DNA from: a virus
Lineage: Duplodnaviria > Caudoviricetes
Reading direction: 5' to 3' (one strand)
Virus record (IMG/VR): IMGVR_UViG_3300032216_000051
Coordinates: 1-35,431 of that record
Length of the DNA stretch: 35,431 nucleotides
Shown here: positions 32,747 to 35,431 of the stretch, piece after piece
Layout: each line of letters opens with the position of its first letter
How positions within the stretch are numbered: position 1 is the stretch's first letter
Made by a program: the position numbers and the translations under genes
Notes under the pieces: generated by a model
Told to the model about the DNA's origin: nothing
The model's input: only the letters and a program-made list of their open reading frames with translations
Databases searched by the model: none

Positions 32747-33106
32747 TACTGTTTTTGCTACAGTTAAATAATTTTCTATACCCCATTGACCAATAGCAAA
32801 ATTTATACAAGTAAGAATTATTCTGCAATTACTTTTTGTATAACCATTTTGTGGGTCAATTCTATCTATTGAAGGTCCATATGGATTAAAGTGATTTTTG
32901 CCGTTTGGCATTAAGTCAAATGGTATTCCTGATAAATCACAAGTTCCAATTTTTAATTTTTCTATAACCCAATCCCTATCTAAATCAAATGGCAAGTTAT
33001 ATTTATTGCTTCTTTCTTTAGCGTGTCTTAGCAAAATAGCTGATTTACCTATTGGTTTTGCTCTATTCTTAATTCCAGCAAGACGACTGTATTCTTTAAT
33101 ATCCAT
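32702..33106 (-). CDS. HNH-like (His-Me finger) endonuclease
   Basis: AKERS..LPFDL..GTCDLSGIPF..PSIDRIDPQNGYTKSNCRII..IN; TATAAT 6 nt before the ATG, no SD. Confidence 0.82.
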   Translation of the reverse strand: MDIKEYSRLAGIKNRAKPIGKSAILLRHAKERSNKYNLPFDLDRDWVIEKLKIGTCDLSGIPFDLMPNGKNHFNPYGPSIDRIDPQNGYTKSNCRIILTCINFAIGQWGIENYLTVAKTVIDTQRYQYVHAIDT

Positions 33107-33196
33107 TTTTTTATTATACTATATGTATCAATATAAGTACATTTATTGACATGGCATTGTAAAGACTTGAAGTTATAACTTTTTCTTACAAAATGC

Positions 33197-33257
33197 CCCG
33201 TTCGGGAATTTTTTTATACATTTGCACACTTTTTTATCAATTCTTCCCGTTCGGGAA
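33197..33257. repeat. Two copies of palindromic CCCGTTCGGGAA, 49 bp apart
   Basis: 33197-33208 and 33246-33257; the second extends to TTCCCG-tt-CGGGAA. Confidence 0.8.
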
Positions 33258-33409
33258 ATTTGCATAAATACAACATTAGGGTTTGTCCCAATGTATTTAA
33301 TTAAAAATGTAGAATAAATTACATACATCAGGTCATCAACACTATTCAGAAACGCCCAACCGCTTAGTTTCTAAAAAGATTTTGGCCTGATATTTTTTTA
33401 AAGGGAAAC

Positions 33410-33640
33410 ATGGGTAAATACATTGCCAGCGCATTTGAGGGGGAAGCCCCTTGTGACAACTGTAACCAAAAATCAGATTGCCAGGATTATGAGCTTGCTT
33501 GTAGAGCTTTTTCTTACTATGTTTTGCGTGGCAATTTTAAAGAATACACAGTCAGAAACCCCACTAAAGAAATATTCAATAAAATTTTTAAAGAAGATGA
33601 CAAAGCACTTAAAACTTTTTTAAAAGACTTGAATGATTAA
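33410..33640 (+). CDS. Small Cys-rich protein
   Basis: PCDNC..DC..LAC four cysteines; AAAGGGA RBS. Confidence 0.75.
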   Translation: MGKYIASAFEGEAPCDNCNQKSDCQDYELACRAFSYYVLRGNFKEYTVRNPTKEIFNKIFKEDDKALKTFLKDLND

Positions 33641-34013
33641 CAAATCTGTTAAAACTTATTGTGGTGGCAAACCTAATTATGTTTTGGATAAACCAATGAA
33701 TAATGAACCAGTAGCGCATTTTTACCCTGAAGGTGAGGGATGCACAGTCTTTAGTAGTGATTTTGTTTTTAAATATCAAGGAACAAAAGAGCCTATTCCA
33801 CTTTATACCCATCCAGCAAACCCTAAATACGACCCCGAAACAGGTGAACCATTGATTGACGGCTACCCATTGTTTTCGGGATTGCCACCAGCAAAGACAC
33901 TAACAGATGAGGAAATACGAAAGGTAGCAGATGGTGTGTTTAAAGACTACAAGAATTGGCATCACTACCAAATAGATTTTGCTAGAGCAATACTAAGAAA
34001 AGCACAAGAATGA
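33633..34013 (+). CDS. Mosaic lambdoid hypothetical protein
   Basis: NNEPVA..PLYTHPA..KTLTDEEI..FARAILRKAQE modules. Confidence 0.78.
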   Translation: MINKSVKTYCGGKPNYVLDKPMNNEPVAHFYPEGEGCTVFSSDFVFKYQGTKEPIPLYTHPANPKYDPETGEPLIDGYPLFSGLPPAKTLTDEEIRKVADGVFKDYKNWHHYQIDFARAILRKAQE

Positions 34014-34147
34014 ACTATTCAGACTTTGTAATCCGCAGTTGCCGTAAAACCCCTAGAACGCTCTCAGAGGCATTTAATGATGCTGAGTATGCTACTGCTA
34101 TAACTAGACCGAAAGAAGGCTTTTGGGCTTGGTTTAGCCGTTTCTGA
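34010..34147 (+). CDS. 45-aa hypothetical protein not in the ORF track
   Basis: MNYSDFVIRSCRKTPRTLSEAFNDAEYATAITRPKEGFWAWFSRF; ATGA overlap. Confidence 0.7.
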   Translation: MNYSDFVIRSCRKTPRTLSEAFNDAEYATAITRPKEGFWAWFSRF

Positions 34148-34228
34148 TACAATAGCAAAAAGCCCAAACAGTTGACGCTGAATGGGCTTCTCTAACCAGC
34201 ACAATATAGGAGTATTGCTATGGCTGAC
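34145..34228 (+). promoter_or_regulatory. Promoter and two-hairpin leader of the second HNH-AP2 gene
   Basis: TGaTACAAT; AAGCCCA/TGGGCTT stem; CAATA/TATTG stem around TAGGAG. Confidence 0.55.
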
Positions 34229-34714
34229 CAAGATATTACCAAAGAAATCTTAAATTTTCTTTTTGATTACAAAAATGGCGAACTTTATTGGAAATTTTCT
34301 TTAAGTTCTAAATCGCCCAAAGGAACTATTGCTGGGACAATTAAACACGATAAGTATAGAAGAATAGGTTTAAATAAAAAACCTTATTTAGCACATCGTT
34401 TAATTTTTATGATGCACCACGGATATTTACCAGAAATTGTTGACCACATTGATGGCAATAGATTAAATAACCGCATAGAAAATTTGCGTGAAGCCACACA
34501 AAGTCAAAATTGTCAAAATCAAAAAATTCCAACAAATAACACTTCTGGATATAAAAATGTTAGATGGAACGCTAGAAAAAAAAAGTGGTTTGTAAATATA
34601 AGAGTAAATAAAAAAGACATTCACATTGGTTATTTTGCTGATATTGAATTAGCTGACCTTGTAGCACAAGAAGCTAGGAACAAATATCATGGTAAATTTG
34701 CTAGGCATTTTTAA
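34220..34714 (+). CDS. HNH-AP2 homing endonuclease (paralogue of 24574..25068)
   Basis: HRLIFMMHHG..VDHIDGNRLNNRIENLREAT; SGYKNVRWN..IGYF..HGKFARH. Confidence 0.93.
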   Translation: MADQDITKEILNFLFDYKNGELYWKFSLSSKSPKGTIAGTIKHDKYRRIGLNKKPYLAHRLIFMMHHGYLPEIVDHIDGNRLNNRIENLREATQSQNCQNQKIPTNNTSGYKNVRWNARKKKWFVNIRVNKKDIHIGYFADIELADLVAQEARNKYHGKFARHF

Positions 34715-35210
34715 CCATTTGCAAAGCAATTTGTTCTTCTTTATCTGTTCTTGCAATCCATCCTTTTCCAAATATAGGAAATGATTTTAGTGAACGATAA
34801 TATTCTCTCCGTAACTCAGAGAAGCCCTTGATAACATTTGAAATATTAGATTCTCGAAGTTTTTGGATGACCCTTGGCCCAATGATTCCATCAGAAATAA
34901 GTCCAAGAGATTGTTGAAGAAGTTTAACTGAGCGACCGCATCCTGCGTTAATTCCGAAACTGAAGCACAAAAAATTGAGTCCCCTAGGTAGTACTTCTCC
35001 ATAACAAGGCCTCCAATATTTTAATTCGTACATAGGTGCTACATCGTCTTTGGTAAGGTCTTTCATGGTCTTTACAGGATGACCTACATATTCTTCCCAA
35101 ACACGCTTAGTAACTCCTAAATTTGTTTCCCCACCTGGGTCTGCAAGATTGTTTACCCAACCACCTTCAGACTTTAATACTAAATCTAAACACTCTTTAA
35201 AATCATTCAT
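34701..35210 (-). CDS. GH108 family endolysin with C-terminal peptidoglycan-binding domain
   Basis: EGGWVN..DPGGETNLGVT; DGIIGP; FGKGWIAR. Confidence 0.93.
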   Translation of the reverse strand: MNDFKECLDLVLKSEGGWVNNLADPGGETNLGVTKRVWEEYVGHPVKTMKDLTKDDVAPMYELKYWRPCYGEVLPRGLNFLCFSFGINAGCGRSVKLLQQSLGLISDGIIGPRVIQKLRESNISNVIKGFSELRREYYRSLKSFPIFGKGWIARTDKEEQIALQMVKNA

Positions 35211-35431
35211 TTAATTCCAGCCTGTTCCCTAATCCAATCTTGCAAGGCTATTGTTTGAACTGTGGTTTCAGCGCATTGTCTAGCAAGTAAGTTGTAGGCG
35301 GTAGCAACATCAACTGCGTTGGGGGTTGTGGAAAGTCCGCTTGTTTTACTGCCACCATTTGTGTTCCACACGCTTGTAGATTTGTAATAATTACGCACAG
35401 CAGCAAGTTTCGCATCGTATTCATCAGAAAT
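35207..35431 (-). CDS. Rz: Rz-like spanin, C-terminal part
   Basis: Ends QCAETTVQTIALQDWIREQ, an Rz-type tail; continues the frame from 303. Confidence 0.88.
   Translation of the reverse strand: MSDEYDAKLAAVRNYYKSTSVWNTNGGSKTSGLSTTPNAVDVATAYNLLARQCAETTVQTIALQDWIREQAGIK
35248..35424 (-). CDS. Rz1: Rz1-like outer-membrane lipoprotein spanin nested in Rz (+1 frame)
   Basis: MNTMRNLLLCVIITNLQA-CGTQMVAVKQADFPQPPTQLMLLPPTT...; lipobox-like LQAC, Pro-rich; AAGGA 7 nt before the ATG (visible in the 1-130 copy). Confidence 0.82.
   Translation of the reverse strand: MNTMRNLLLCVIITNLQACGTQMVAVKQADFPQPPTQLMLLPPTTYLLDNALKPQFKQ
35309..35431. repeat. Terminal direct repeat, copy 2
   Basis: Identical to 1-123. 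Confidence 0.97.

Noticed and set aside
32749-32763. LexA box
   Set aside because: CTGT-N7-ACAG has the wrong spacing (needs N8) and lies inside a CDS
33146-33179. Sigma70 promoter at the perfect TTGACA
   Set aside because: The nearest -10-like hexamer (TATAAC) is 22 bp away, outside the functional spacing

Overview
The window is an apparently complete, circularly assembled tailed-phage genome of about 35.3 kb; bases 1-123 equal 35309-35431. It has a podovirus-type virion module: TerS/TerL, a portal with a long Gln-rich C-terminal coil, scaffold, major capsid, adaptor/nozzle, ejection proteins and two fibre genes. Lysis uses a holin, a GH108 endolysin and nested Rz/Rz1 spanins, so the host is Gram-negative. 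A freshwater betaproteobacterial host is my guess from the gene repertoire only. Early genes are lambdoid-like (Cro/YdaS, ERF, SSB-like, exonuclease, initiator C-terminal domain), but I see no CI, integrase, polymerase, primase or helicase. Five HNH-type endonuclease genes are present. The most unusual signals are non-coding or recoding related. (1) Three tandem structured RNA candidates lie after the exonuclease; one is a tRNA-top-half mimic whose loop is complementary to the AAGGGGA ribosome-binding sites of several phage genes. (2) About 360 nt of dense RNA structure, including a two-site antisense-type switch, lies between cro and a headless replication protein. (3) An antisense-inserted HNH gene has a fully open opposite strand that exactly bridges two tail genes. 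(4) A glycosyltransferase in the head module has a family-like N-terminus with no canonical start codon. All family assignments come from motif recognition by eye, not database searches.
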